Positions 22,306 to 31,700 of a stretch of 64,000 nucleotides of DNA are shown here, one piece after another. The stretch covers positions 47,189 to 111,188 of the IMG/VR virus record IMGVR_UViG_3300041964_000014. One strand, written 5' to 3'. The translations under genes were made by a program, and so were the position numbers. Source of the DNA: a virus. Position 1 is the first letter of the stretch. Each line of letters begins with the position of its first letter. Under the pieces are notes generated by a model, which searched no databases, had not been told where the DNA came from, and saw only the letters and a program-made list of their open reading frames with translations.

Positions 22306-23192
22306 TGCAACTCAATCAAACAACTTTGTATGTGGTAGGTTGTGGTGGAACGGGAGGTCGTTTGCTAGACTTACTAGCGGACTATTTTGCCTTTAGCCAC
22401 AACTACCCTAATCGTATAGTTCTAGTAGACGATGACAAAATCGAAGAACGCAATGCCGAAAGACAGGTGTTTGACAGATTAGACGCAGGTAGATATAAAG
22501 TAGAAGTACTTAAAGACCGATTTATTACAAAGTCCGGGTTTGGTCGTGTAGAAGCGCTTCCCGTAAAGTGGACACCTGAAACACTTCCCCATGATTTGGG
22601 GAAAATGTCGGAGGCAGGAGCTTCTATCAGTTTGTTTATCTGCATAGACAATGCAAGGGGGCGTAACGCACTGTGGTCGTATATAGTGGGATATTACGAC
22701 TCAGTTAAGCGGGAGTACGAGAAAGCCGAAGTTGCATACAAAGGTAACTTTCTTATCGTAGATGGTGGGAATGGCACGTATGATGGTCAGGTAACTACTT
22801 GCTTACGGGTGCGCTACGAAAACTTTGACTGCATTTTAGGGCAAGACCCTAGAGTTCTTTTCGAGAACGTTCGTAACGCAGATCCCCGAATCACGGGTTG
22901 TGCCGCTGCCGAGGGCGATGACGTTGCCCAAACAGTGATGGCAAATATGCAAGTAGCCACACTTATGTTTAGTGAATTTGTTAGTGCAATAACCACTCAC
23001 AAATTTCAACCGTTAATCAAGTTTGATTTACAGCAACGTCGAATGTTACCTGTCGGCGCAATGTGCGACTTGGGTGCTGAATACACGGCATTCATCACCG
23101 AAAAAACAGCCGCACTAGAAGCAGCCGCTAACACTCAAATAGTTGAGACTGCTGAAGCTACGACCGAAACAGTAATTGAAGTCACCGTTTAG
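22305..23192 (+). CDS. ThiF/E1-family Ubl-activating enzyme
   Basis: VVGCGGTG, LVDDDKIEERNAERQ, GRYKVEVL, CIDNARGR, DGGNG, candidate catalytic Cys in ITGCA, Q..MAN. Confidence 0.92.
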   Translation: MQLNQTTLYVVGCGGTGGRLLDLLADYFAFSHNYPNRIVLVDDDKIEERNAERQVFDRLDAGRYKVEVLKDRFITKSGFGRVEALPVKWTPETLPHDLGKMSEAGASISLFICIDNARGRNALWSYIVGYYDSVKREYEKAEVAYKGNFLIVDGGNGTYDGQVTTCLRVRYENFDCILGQDPRVLFENVRNADPRITGCAAAEGDDVAQTVMANMQVATLMFSEFVSAITTHKFQPLIKFDLQQRRMLPVGAMCDLGAEYTAFITEKTAALEAAANTQIVETAEATTETVIEVTV

Positions 23193-23809
23193 TGAGAAAT
23201 ACCATGAACCAAGAATTGTACACCAGACTAATCGACCAAGGAATGAATGAAGAAGCTGCTAGTGCAATAGCCGCTGACTTTAGCCAAGTGACTCGTGCAA
23301 AGAAACTACCTAAGCAAACACTATCTACTTGGTCAGACGAGTATGTTGCGGCATCGGCTAAGTTGCGTTTACAAGCTATATCTTCTTTAATCGCAGTCTT
23401 AGGATTGCAACCATCTCCTCAAATGGTAATGGAAGTAAAAAACTTTGAACCCGAAACCATTGAAATACTACGACGACTAGGGGCTTTAATGGAGAGCAAA
23501 TGGATAACAATGCGAAACACAGGAGGCAAGTTGCAAGAACTAGCAAATGAGCTAAATGGCAATAAGGGTAAAAAGCCTATAGTCCAAGCCTCCGAAGATG
23601 TTGACGAGATGTTGAACTTAGTATCTTCCGTGGTAATACCAACAAGTGAAATAGAGGAGTCCGAAATAAAAAAGGAGGAGGGTGATTTGGAGTCTGTTGA
23701 TGCTTTGGCACTAGCAGAACTTGAGGATAAAACCGATACACCTGAAACCTCGGAGATGTTAGGTATGGGCGCGTTGCCGGACGATTTCGACGTGTCTAAG
23801 TTCTACTAA
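23192..23809 (+). CDS. Hypothetical helical protein with acidic C-terminal tail
   Basis: Abuts the E1 gene; ends ALPDDFDVSKFY; followed by a gtggggctaa/ttagcccccac hairpin. Confidence 0.7.
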   Translation: MRNTMNQELYTRLIDQGMNEEAASAIAADFSQVTRAKKLPKQTLSTWSDEYVAASAKLRLQAISSLIAVLGLQPSPQMVMEVKNFEPETIEILRRLGALMESKWITMRNTGGKLQELANELNGNKGKKPIVQASEDVDEMLNLVSSVVIPTSEIEESEIKKEEGDLESVDALALAELEDKTDTPETSEMLGMGALPDDFDVSKFY

Positions 23810-23873
23810 ATTTCAGTAATAGTGTGGGGCTAATTAGTATAAGTAGTTAGCCCCCACTAATACCCTTAACTAT

Positions 23874-25328
23874 ATGGTTGATAAGTTAGTGTTAGAGCAG
23901 TATCTTTTAGATACTTTAAAACAAAATAAAGAACTGTTTGATTTAGTAGTAAATAAACAATACATACTATACGGAGAGTATTTAGGCACATTACTGGTTA
24001 ATAAAGTAATGCAGCTAAATTATTCGTTACCTAAGCCTACCTTACTTCGTTTAGATCCTACTAATAAAACTAATGGATATTCAGAGGTAATAGAATATCC
24101 TACATACGTTATTAGTATTACTTCTAATATAGGTTTACTGGATAGTTGTACTAATTTTAATAGTTGCTTTATTACTAGTACTGATGTTGTTATTTCAGAT
24201 AGCTTTGTAGAACTACTAAATACCAAACAATTAGAGATAGTTAATATTAATCCGCTATCGAAAGCTTTAGCAGAGTTAGTTTATCTAGCCGATAGGTACA
24301 AGGGATACTTATATGCTAATATTACCAAAGCTATTGCAATGGCTAAAGATATTAGCAGGTTAATGGCTTCTCCAGAATGCAGTTTAATTACTTCAAACAC
24401 TAACGCTGGTATATTAAAAACACTAACCGATATTGAAATTAAATGGGTTACTTTAGATGTCTACAAAGACTCGTTAGTACCTTTAGTCGTGCTTCCTGAA
24501 GTATCGTTATTACCGGATAATATTTCCAAATACTCTAAAAGCCATCTTGCCCATGATGATACTTTATCTCAATGTTATTTAGCATTAGCTAATTGCTTAT
24601 ACGGTAACGGTGTTAAAAAGTCTGCTAGAGAAAACAAGTTAATAGTATTAGAATATCCTGAACTATACCCGTATGTTGTAAGTAACCTTAGTTACACAGA
24701 TAATCTACCTAACAATTGGAAAGCCAAACTACCTTACTTAAACAAGCTTTTAGCAGAACACAATGTAAGGCTATTTTTTAATAAGCTTAATTTAGCAGAA
24801 CAAATACAGTTACTAGATGAGTTGCGTGGATTAATTAAACAATACGGCTTATGGGTAATTGGTTTATTAGAGCAACAATCTAAATACGATAAAAAAGAGT
24901 TAGTTAAACTAATAGAGTTTAAAAAACTAGAAAATAGCAAATGGTTAGTTCCTCCGTTTAAGCTCCCGGAAATATTCCCATTTGGACTACATAAAACATG
25001 GAAAATAGTTGAGTTAAATACACGCCAACTACTAATACATGAAGGCGAATACCAAGGGCATTGCGTAGGAGGATACAGTGTATCTCCAGCGCATAGAATC
25101 TTCTCATTGAGGAAAGATAAGCTTCGCTATACTCTAGAGATATATTACGATACCTACAAACACAAGTGGATAACAGGACAAGAGCGAGGAAAACATAATT
25201 CCTTGCTAGAAAGTATTGAACCAATCACACAACAAGAACTACGGATTATAATTCCGTGGTTACTCTCAGTACTACCTAGGGTAACTGTTTCTCCGAGTAC
25301 AACAAGCAACGACTACATATACTTTTGA
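23874..25328 (+). CDS. PcfJ-like domain protein
   Basis: C-terminal IVEL.T...L.HEGEYQGHCVGGY...IFSLR....YTLEI...QERGKHN. Confidence 0.75.
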   Translation: MVDKLVLEQYLLDTLKQNKELFDLVVNKQYILYGEYLGTLLVNKVMQLNYSLPKPTLLRLDPTNKTNGYSEVIEYPTYVISITSNIGLLDSCTNFNSCFITSTDVVISDSFVELLNTKQLEIVNINPLSKALAELVYLADRYKGYLYANITKAIAMAKDISRLMASPECSLITSNTNAGILKTLTDIEIKWVTLDVYKDSLVPLVVLPEVSLLPDNISKYSKSHLAHDDTLSQCYLALANCLYGNGVKKSARENKLIVLEYPELYPYVVSNLSYTDNLPNNWKAKLPYLNKLLAEHNVRLFFNKLNLAEQIQLLDELRGLIKQYGLWVIGLLEQQSKYDKKELVKLIEFKKLENSKWLVPPFKLPEIFPFGLHKTWKIVELNTRQLLIHEGEYQGHCVGGYSVSPAHRIFSLRKDKLRYTLEIYYDTYKHKWITGQERGKHNSLLESIEPITQQELRIIIPWLLSVLPRVTVSPSTTSNDYIYF

Positions 25329-25340
25329 GGTTCAAACAAA

Positions 25341-25823
25341 ATGGCTACTTCAACTCTTACAGCTTCAACTGAAACAATTACTCACAACATGACTGCGTAT
25401 GAACTAGCTCTTGCCCCTATTATTTCGGACGAGGCTACATCTTTGTTCGTGCTATCGGCTCTTTATGGAGAGGAGGTAGAAACAATTTTTGAAGATTATC
25501 AGGGAAAAGCTATTACTCGAACAGGAGCAATTGCTAGTCAATTCAAATTAAACACTTGGGAGATTGCCGCTAAAAGAGCAATGTATAAAGACTTTTTCTT
25601 GAAGCTGGGCTGCATTCGGGAAGAGTTAGATAGTACTACTACCCTTCGAGGAATGTTGTTAACTAAGTATAAGTCTCACACTGTCACATGGGGAATGTCT
25701 CCATCAGGTGTTGTAGCTATTCTATTAAATAGCAGTCCTGATTTTAATACACTACTAAGTCTGTTATTGGGGATTAATCTCCCACCAGGCTTTAGTCTGG
25801 GTGCATTGGATGCTATGATTTAA
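25341..25823 (+). CDS. Hypothetical protein
   Basis: 160-aa ORF with GAGG RBS. Confidence 0.65.
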   Translation: MATSTLTASTETITHNMTAYELALAPIISDEATSLFVLSALYGEEVETIFEDYQGKAITRTGAIASQFKLNTWEIAAKRAMYKDFFLKLGCIREELDSTTTLRGMLLTKYKSHTVTWGMSPSGVVAILLNSSPDFNTLLSLLLGINLPPGFSLGALDAMI

Positions 25824-26416
25824 ACCACATTACACCAATCCAAAGGCACATATGCACTTCGCAACACTATCTCTAACAATGGGAGACTGTCCCTCAACAC
25901 TACTAGCAGAACTTCGTCAGCTAGAGAAAGAACTAACTAATCCAAATTTATCTGATATAGTTAGATACGCGAAGGTGCGAAGACGGGATACCTTGCTAAG
26001 TCTGCAAAGACGTGGCAAGTTTTAAGTGAAGTACGATGGGGGCTGACAACCCCCTTTTCAGTTAGTACTTTATAATGGACTATAACTATGCTACAACTCA
26101 TTCACCAAAACAATGCAACGATACGATCAAGCAGTAGCAATCGAGACAGACGGGAGTATTAGATGTTGTAACGGTAAGACGCGTGTTTATACCGTGGAAT
26201 ACGAAAATGCTGGTTATATCAAGCTATTTGATGTACCCGGCATATTATTTGACAGTAATGGGAATATTGTTGTTATGAGTGCTGTAGACAGATTTTCCGT
26301 AGATAGCGGGGAAGAACTAACTGCACATTCTGTTGTGAGGTCGAACGTTAATTGGTCACCTGGCGTATCGCTTAGGTACGCTTGTTCTTTGTTAAATAAA
26401 TTTAAATAATTATATA

Positions 26417-27396
26417 ATGGCTAAGAAAATTTATCTTCGAGAAAGCTTCACGCAAGAAGCTAAAAGCCCGTATATGTATTTATGGTTTAAGCGGTAGCGG
26501 AAAAAGCTACGGAGCTTTGCAGATTGCTACATTACTAGCTCAGGGAAAACCTATTGTTGTAATCGATACAGAGAATGGGACTTCATCGATATACGCCAAA
26601 GGCGACGATGGTGTAGGTTTTGATTTTGACACTATAGTTTTGGACGGAGACTATAGTATGGATACATTAGTTGCTTGCTTTCAACAAGCAGAAGCTCATG
26701 TAGGCGCAGGGGAGTCATCATTATTGACAGCACCTCGAAGTTTTGGGCAGGTACAAATGGTGCATTAGATGAAGTAAATAAGTTAACCGGAGGTAATCAA
26801 GCTAAAACCGAGATGCTTGGAACACCGTTACCCCTAAAATTGGTAAAGCTATTGAGACGATTTCTTCTAGTAAATCAGCTCATGTGATTTGCACATTCCG
26901 ATGCAAGTCCGAAACAATACAGGAAGAGTACGTCGATTACAAGGGTAAAACTCGAACTAAAGCCACAAAAGTTGGATTGGCTCCAGTATTCAAGGATGGT
27001 ATTGAGTATGAGTTTGATGTAGCTCTCGAAGCCTCTTTAGTCACTAACAAAGACGGTACAGATAGTCAAGTTATTCGTGTAAGCAAACCGCCTCGTTTCC
27101 GTGAGTTTACTAAATTAAATGCATCGATTTACGGAGATGTGGAAGGAACAACTATGTGGGATGCAGAAGCTTTTGTTAAAACACTGCTGTACCGCTTAGA
27201 TCAAGGAGAAGATCCCGAACAAAAGCGTAAAGACAAAGCTCGTGAAGCTATAGGGCAGTTACTACTTCAGTACGAGGAGTTAAAGCATGAACCATATGCT
27301 GTAGAATTGAATCCGGAAGCCACCATTCCAGAACTACAAACATACTATTTACAACTAGCTAAAGAGGTAAAGGAACTTGAATCAGTCCCACAATAA
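26417..27396 (+). CDS. Sak4-like/AAA_24 recombination ATPase, split by about three apparent frameshifts
   Basis: Joined frames give KARICIYGLSGSGKSYGAL (Walker A), VIDTENG, VIIIDSTSKFW (Walker B), HVICTFRCK, GLAPVFKDGIEYEFD. Confidence 0.8.
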
Positions 27397-27515
27397 AGAA
27401 CGAAAGCCTGTCATTATCAATGGCAAACCTGTGCCATACGAAGACGTGTTTGGCGATGATATAGATACTACAACTAAATCTCAGCCTCGCCGTTAACCCA
27501 AAGTAAAAGTAAGTA

Positions 27516-27564
27516 GTCCGAAATAATAAGTAGTCATTCCTCCGTGGCTCTTATTGTTTCGGAC
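27516..27564. repeat. Inverted pair of the motif
   Basis: gtccgaaataataag...cttattgtttcggac. Confidence 0.9.
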
Positions 27565-27717
27565 TCTTTATTTGTCAGCTCCTCATTTATGCGGAACTCA
27601 GACTGTATGGGGTTATTATCAGTAAAGATAATAACTAACAAGGAGGTTTTAGTGTTTAATGGGTAGGGATTGTTCGTTTATGCGTGAGATTACTAAAAGT
27701 TAAATAAATGCAGAATT

Positions 27718-28479
27718 ATGGCTAATTTAGTTCGCTACGATCACGATGGTTTAGAGTTGGTTATCGATACGGAGACCGGAGAGAGTTTTGCCACTATTTC
27801 GGGTTATGCTCGAATGGTAGGAAAAGATAAATCAACTATCTCACGCCGATGCGATGGTGTTGCATCAGGAGTCGTAGGAACGGCTGAAATTCCCACAGAG
27901 AGGGGGTTACGAACCGTTGCAATGATTCCGGAATCATTAATTACCGAATGGGTGGTTAAAGATAACCCCGATTTAGCTGTGCAACTTATGAGAGCAGGGG
28001 TTCGAGTATTCCTACATAAGCTGGCGGGATATACCGTTACATCTACTGTAGTAGCCCCGCAGCCGCACGATATTAGTAAGTTAGTCGAACTAGTTACGGA
28101 GGTGAATCAAAAGCTACAGCAGCAGGAAACACAACTGCTGATGATGACTGTTGATAAAGCAAAACTAGACAAGCTTCAACAAGAAAGGGAGGAATTGGAA
28201 ACTGCATCTCAAGTACATCCAGGATGCGCTGACGTACTTGCTGAAGAAACCGATTGTCCATACCCAAGAGATTTGACTCTTACGGTTGCTCAGTACCTTA
28301 AGTTCAAAGAGTTAGAAGGAGAAACATTGTACCATGCAATGACAAAGAAAGCGGCACAGTATTACCGATTTGCCAAAAAGTGTTCGCCGCCTAAGAACAC
28401 TAAGCAACAAAACATCTACACCGGGAGTGCCATTCTGTATTTAGACGAAGCACTAAAATCTGTGCTAAATCTAAGCTAG
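27718..28479 (+). CDS. Antirepressor-type DNA-binding protein with shared C-terminal module
   Basis: N-terminal DGLELVIDTETGESFATISGYARMVGKDKSTISRR (HTH-like); C-terminal HPGC...KKAAQYYR...YLDEAL. Confidence 0.65.
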   Translation: MANLVRYDHDGLELVIDTETGESFATISGYARMVGKDKSTISRRCDGVASGVVGTAEIPTERGLRTVAMIPESLITEWVVKDNPDLAVQLMRAGVRVFLHKLAGYTVTSTVVAPQPHDISKLVELVTEVNQKLQQQETQLLMMTVDKAKLDKLQQEREELETASQVHPGCADVLAEETDCPYPRDLTLTVAQYLKFKELEGETLYHAMTKKAAQYYRFAKKCSPPKNTKQQNIYTGSAILYLDEALKSVLNLS

Positions 28480-28532
28480 AATTAACTTACCTACAACGCG
28501 TTTAACTAGATAACTATATACCGATTAATATT

Positions 28533-28949
28533 ATGGCAGTTACAATTTGTGGTTCTTTTCGTGTTACTAATATTCGCCAGAGTGATAAAGTCAATGCTGT
28601 TAACTTCAAAGCCAGCGCTCCGATTGGTCGTAAGAACACTGAAGGCAAAAAAGAATATGTGAATATTGACTGCACTCTTTGGGGTGTGCAAGGGGAGAAA
28701 GTATTTTTGCCGTATGTTAAAGAAGGTGACTACATAACTCTTACTTTAGATTGGGAGGCTCTGAGTATCTGGGAAGCTTCGGGTAAGACGGGTATCAACA
28801 TCAAAGCCACAGTACTTACTATCACTTTGCTGAATCAATCGGCAGTTGCTGTCGAAGTATCTGCCAGTGCTGACGATTTAACTGAGGCTACGAACACTAC
28901 AGCTCCAAATGTATCGGCGGAAGCTACCAAAGACGGTATCCCGTTCTAA
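28533..28949 (+). CDS. ssb: Single-stranded DNA-binding protein
   Basis: OB-fold pattern (IDCTLWG..GE....YVKEGD.I), flexible tail ending DGIPF. Confidence 0.8.
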   Translation: MAVTICGSFRVTNIRQSDKVNAVNFKASAPIGRKNTEGKKEYVNIDCTLWGVQGEKVFLPYVKEGDYITLTLDWEALSIWEASGKTGINIKATVLTITLLNQSAVAVEVSASADDLTEATNTTAPNVSAEATKDGIPF

Positions 28950-29012
28950 GTCTTAGTTCCACGTCTGGCTCCTAAATAGCTTACACTGGTCATTAGTTGT
29001 TCTTCTATACTA

Positions 29013-29951
29013 ATGACCAGTTTTTTAGATATTGATGACAGTTTCATACAGCAAACTGAAATTAACGGTGTTAGGTATTACGAAGTTATGGGGGATTATG
29101 GTCAACGCAAATATCCGAGTGTATCTACACTAGTTAATAGCTTCAAGAGTACAGAGGGACTAAAAATTTGGGCAACGAATCTCGGATACGAAACAATTAC
29201 ACCGGAAGAACAGGCAGCGCTATCGTCCGAAACAATAAGAGAACTTGTGGAGAGTAGAGGTAAAGTAGCCGCTAATAATATTCGAGATAGTGCTGCAAGA
29301 CGAGGCACAAAAACCCACGACTTGTGTGAGAAATATTTTAAGTACGGGACTGTATCAGATGACCCTTGTTTCCAGAGATTACTACCGTTCTTGAAAATAT
29401 GTGAACCACTTACCGTCGAAACCAAGGTGAAATGGGAGTGGAGACCCAGCCCTGATGTTGTAGTAGATTTACCTGAAAATACAGTAGTCGGTTGGTCAGG
29501 TCGATTAGACAAAGTGGGTAAAGTGGATTTAACTAAACTGTATACTGAGCATGGCGTGTTACTTGGTAATACGTCTACTCCGGCTATTATTGATTACAAG
29601 ACCTGGGACAAAGCTAAATACAATAGTGGACAAACTAAAGCAGGAAGTAAATATTATCCGCTGCTAAGTTACTACCTACAGTTGTCAGCGTATTTAGCTG
29701 GCTTTAATCAGTGTAAGTACTACTCGCAATTAGTTGATGATGCTTTCTTAGTAGGTGTAACTGTAACTTGCAGAGAACCTTGGATATACCATATTAATTT
29801 AGAGAAGGTTAATTTTTATTTTAAAGAGCTTAAGGCAATGGTGTTAGCTTACTACAAGTTAGGTACTTACTCTTGGGAAGCATTAGAAGAAAAGGTAGAA
29901 CCTTACTTAGGAGAAAGAGTATATATTAATGCACCTAAATTACCGTTTTAA
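29013..29951 (+). CDS. PD-(D/E)XK exonuclease
   Basis: YPSVSTL, RGTKTHDLCE, WSGRLD, IIDYKT, LQLSAY. Confidence 0.85.
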   Translation: MTSFLDIDDSFIQQTEINGVRYYEVMGDYGQRKYPSVSTLVNSFKSTEGLKIWATNLGYETITPEEQAALSSETIRELVESRGKVAANNIRDSAARRGTKTHDLCEKYFKYGTVSDDPCFQRLLPFLKICEPLTVETKVKWEWRPSPDVVVDLPENTVVGWSGRLDKVGKVDLTKLYTEHGVLLGNTSTPAIIDYKTWDKAKYNSGQTKAGSKYYPLLSYYLQLSAYLAGFNQCKYYSQLVDDAFLVGVTVTCREPWIYHINLEKVNFYFKELKAMVLAYYKLGTYSWEALEEKVEPYLGERVYINAPKLPF

Positions 29952-29973
29952 TAAGCGTATTGTTAAATAACAA

Positions 29974-30378
29974 ATGGACTACGAATTAACTCATTTGGCT
30001 GAGATTAAATCAGGGGATTTAATATTACTAGACTGCTTTTATCTTGCAGGATTAGTAAATGTGCTTAATATTAAACAGAATATAAGAACAAGTAGTTTTA
30101 CACTACTACTATCTTATGCAAAGTTACTGTCAGGACACGTATATACAATTATCGTATCTAAAGACCAAAGTAACGTAGTTAGATTTAATCGATCTAGATT
30201 ATTAGATTTAAAGTATCTTGCTTTAAGAGAAGTACCACTTAGTGCCACTATATTTTACAAACACAAACTATGGAGTTTAACTGAGTTAACAAATAATAAA
30301 GAGTTTAATCCACCAGATTATGTATGGTCTATTACAAAGAGTTGTGACGCACCTAATACTTTATCGTTTTTATTGTAG
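29974..30378 (+). CDS. Hypothetical protein, paralog of 30390..30791
   Basis: Similar length and layout; ends APNTLSFLL. Confidence 0.55.
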   Translation: MDYELTHLAEIKSGDLILLDCFYLAGLVNVLNIKQNIRTSSFTLLLSYAKLLSGHVYTIIVSKDQSNVVRFNRSRLLDLKYLALREVPLSATIFYKHKLWSLTELTNNKEFNPPDYVWSITKSCDAPNTLSFLL

Positions 30379-30389
30379 GTAATTTAGCT

Positions 30390-30791
30390 ATGTTTAACTT
30401 CGATAAGTATCAAATAGCCAGTGTTCTTAGTTTACAAATCAACGATAAAGTAATAGTAGATAACCTAAATAGAGACGGATTATTAGTAGTTAAAAAGATA
30501 TCTATACATACTGATAATGAGCCGTATACTACAATATCTTTTGAAACTGAGTTTGGAGATATAGTTAGCGATGATTATTACACTGAAGAGTTTAAAGTAT
30601 TAAAGCTACTAGACCATAATCTAGACGTTATGTTTAGGTTCACAAAAAGAGTAGAAGATAATGCTGTAGTTTTTTACGGTGGTGAACTGTATCCAGCTTT
30701 TGAGCTAAAAAGTAGAAGGTACAAACCATTCAAAGTGTGGGTAGTAGATCACTTTCCTATTGCACCCGACAATTTAGCCTTTCAACTATAA
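30390..30791 (+). CDS. Hypothetical protein, paralog of 29974..30378
   Basis: Ends APDNLAFQL. Confidence 0.55.
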   Translation: MFNFDKYQIASVLSLQINDKVIVDNLNRDGLLVVKKISIHTDNEPYTTISFETEFGDIVSDDYYTEEFKVLKLLDHNLDVMFRFTKRVEDNAVVFYGGELYPAFELKSRRYKPFKVWVVDHFPIAPDNLAFQL

Positions 30792-30884
30792 ATGAAATAC
30801 CAAATAGTCGAAGTACACAGTCTCCAGCTTTCGACTGTGATACCTCTAAAATAAAAAGAGGCAGTCTTCCCAAAACCACCCCTT

Positions 30885-31700
30885 ATGGATATTACACGAT
30901 ATTTAGGACAACCGAAAGGATTTATAGGTTCCACGGTTGCTGTTTACGTTTGTCCTTGTTGTAACAAGGATCTAAAAGTAAATATAGCAATAAAAACAAA
31001 ACCTTACAAATGCTGGAGTGGTGGTTGTACTCCAGATCAGATCCGGGCTAAGTTGAAGCTAACCGTACTTCCCAAGTCCGAAATAATAAGCCAGCCAGCT
31101 TACAACATTCAGCCAATCCACTTAAGTAGCATAGATCCCCTATTTATTTCGGACTATGTTCCTCCTATCGCGGTACGACGTAATATAATTCACGACGGCA
31201 AGGCAGCGGTAAGTACTACTTATAGGTACTCATCTACACATCAAGTACAACGTATAGATTTCCTAGACGGTAGTAAGAAAAAGTTTCTGCCGTCTTATAT
31301 ATTTGAAGGAAACAGAAAATACGGGGCAGATTACAATTGCCCACTGTTTAACGAAGAATTTATTAAAGATGAGGGTAAAACAATCTATATGGTGGAGGGA
31401 GAAAAATGTGCTGTAACAATGACACAAGCATTAGGGCTGTTAGCTGTAAGTCCACCGGGATTTGGATGGAACGAAAAGTATTTAAGACCTAGACTGCAAA
31501 TACTCTCTAAGAAAATATCGGGGATTGTAATTCTGCCTGACAATGATAAAGCTGGTATAACCAAAGCGGATTTATTACGAACAGTAGCTTGGACAGTCGG
31601 GATTCCCACTAAGTTAGTTAAGTTCCCAGAAGCCCAAGACAGTGAAGATATAGCTGATCTGATATATAGAAACGTTAATGTACTACCTTACTTAAAGTAA
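30885..31700 (+). CDS. DNA primase (Zn finger + TOPRIM)
   Basis: CPCC...YKCWSGGC; YMVEGEKCA; ILPDNDKAG; EDIAD. Confidence 0.85.
   Translation: MDITRYLGQPKGFIGSTVAVYVCPCCNKDLKVNIAIKTKPYKCWSGGCTPDQIRAKLKLTVLPKSEIISQPAYNIQPIHLSSIDPLFISDYVPPIAVRRNIIHDGKAAVSTTYRYSSTHQVQRIDFLDGSKKKFLPSYIFEGNRKYGADYNCPLFNEEFIKDEGKTIYMVEGEKCAVTMTQALGLLAVSPPGFGWNEKYLRPRLQILSKKISGIVILPDNDKAGITKADLLRTVAWTVGIPTKLVKFPEAQDSEDIADLIYRNVNVLPYLK

Noticed and set aside
22305-23192. ThiF/MoeB for thiamine or molybdopterin biosynthesis
   Set aside because: No thi/moa genes are nearby, no C-terminal CxxC zinc pairs were seen, and the JAB and E2-like neighbours point to a conjugation-type cassette.
26417-26890. Pseudogenisation or recoding of the Sak4-like ATPase
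   Set aside because: About three single-base shifts, at least one in a homopolymer (gaaaattt), with all motifs intact; typical of long-read consensus errors.
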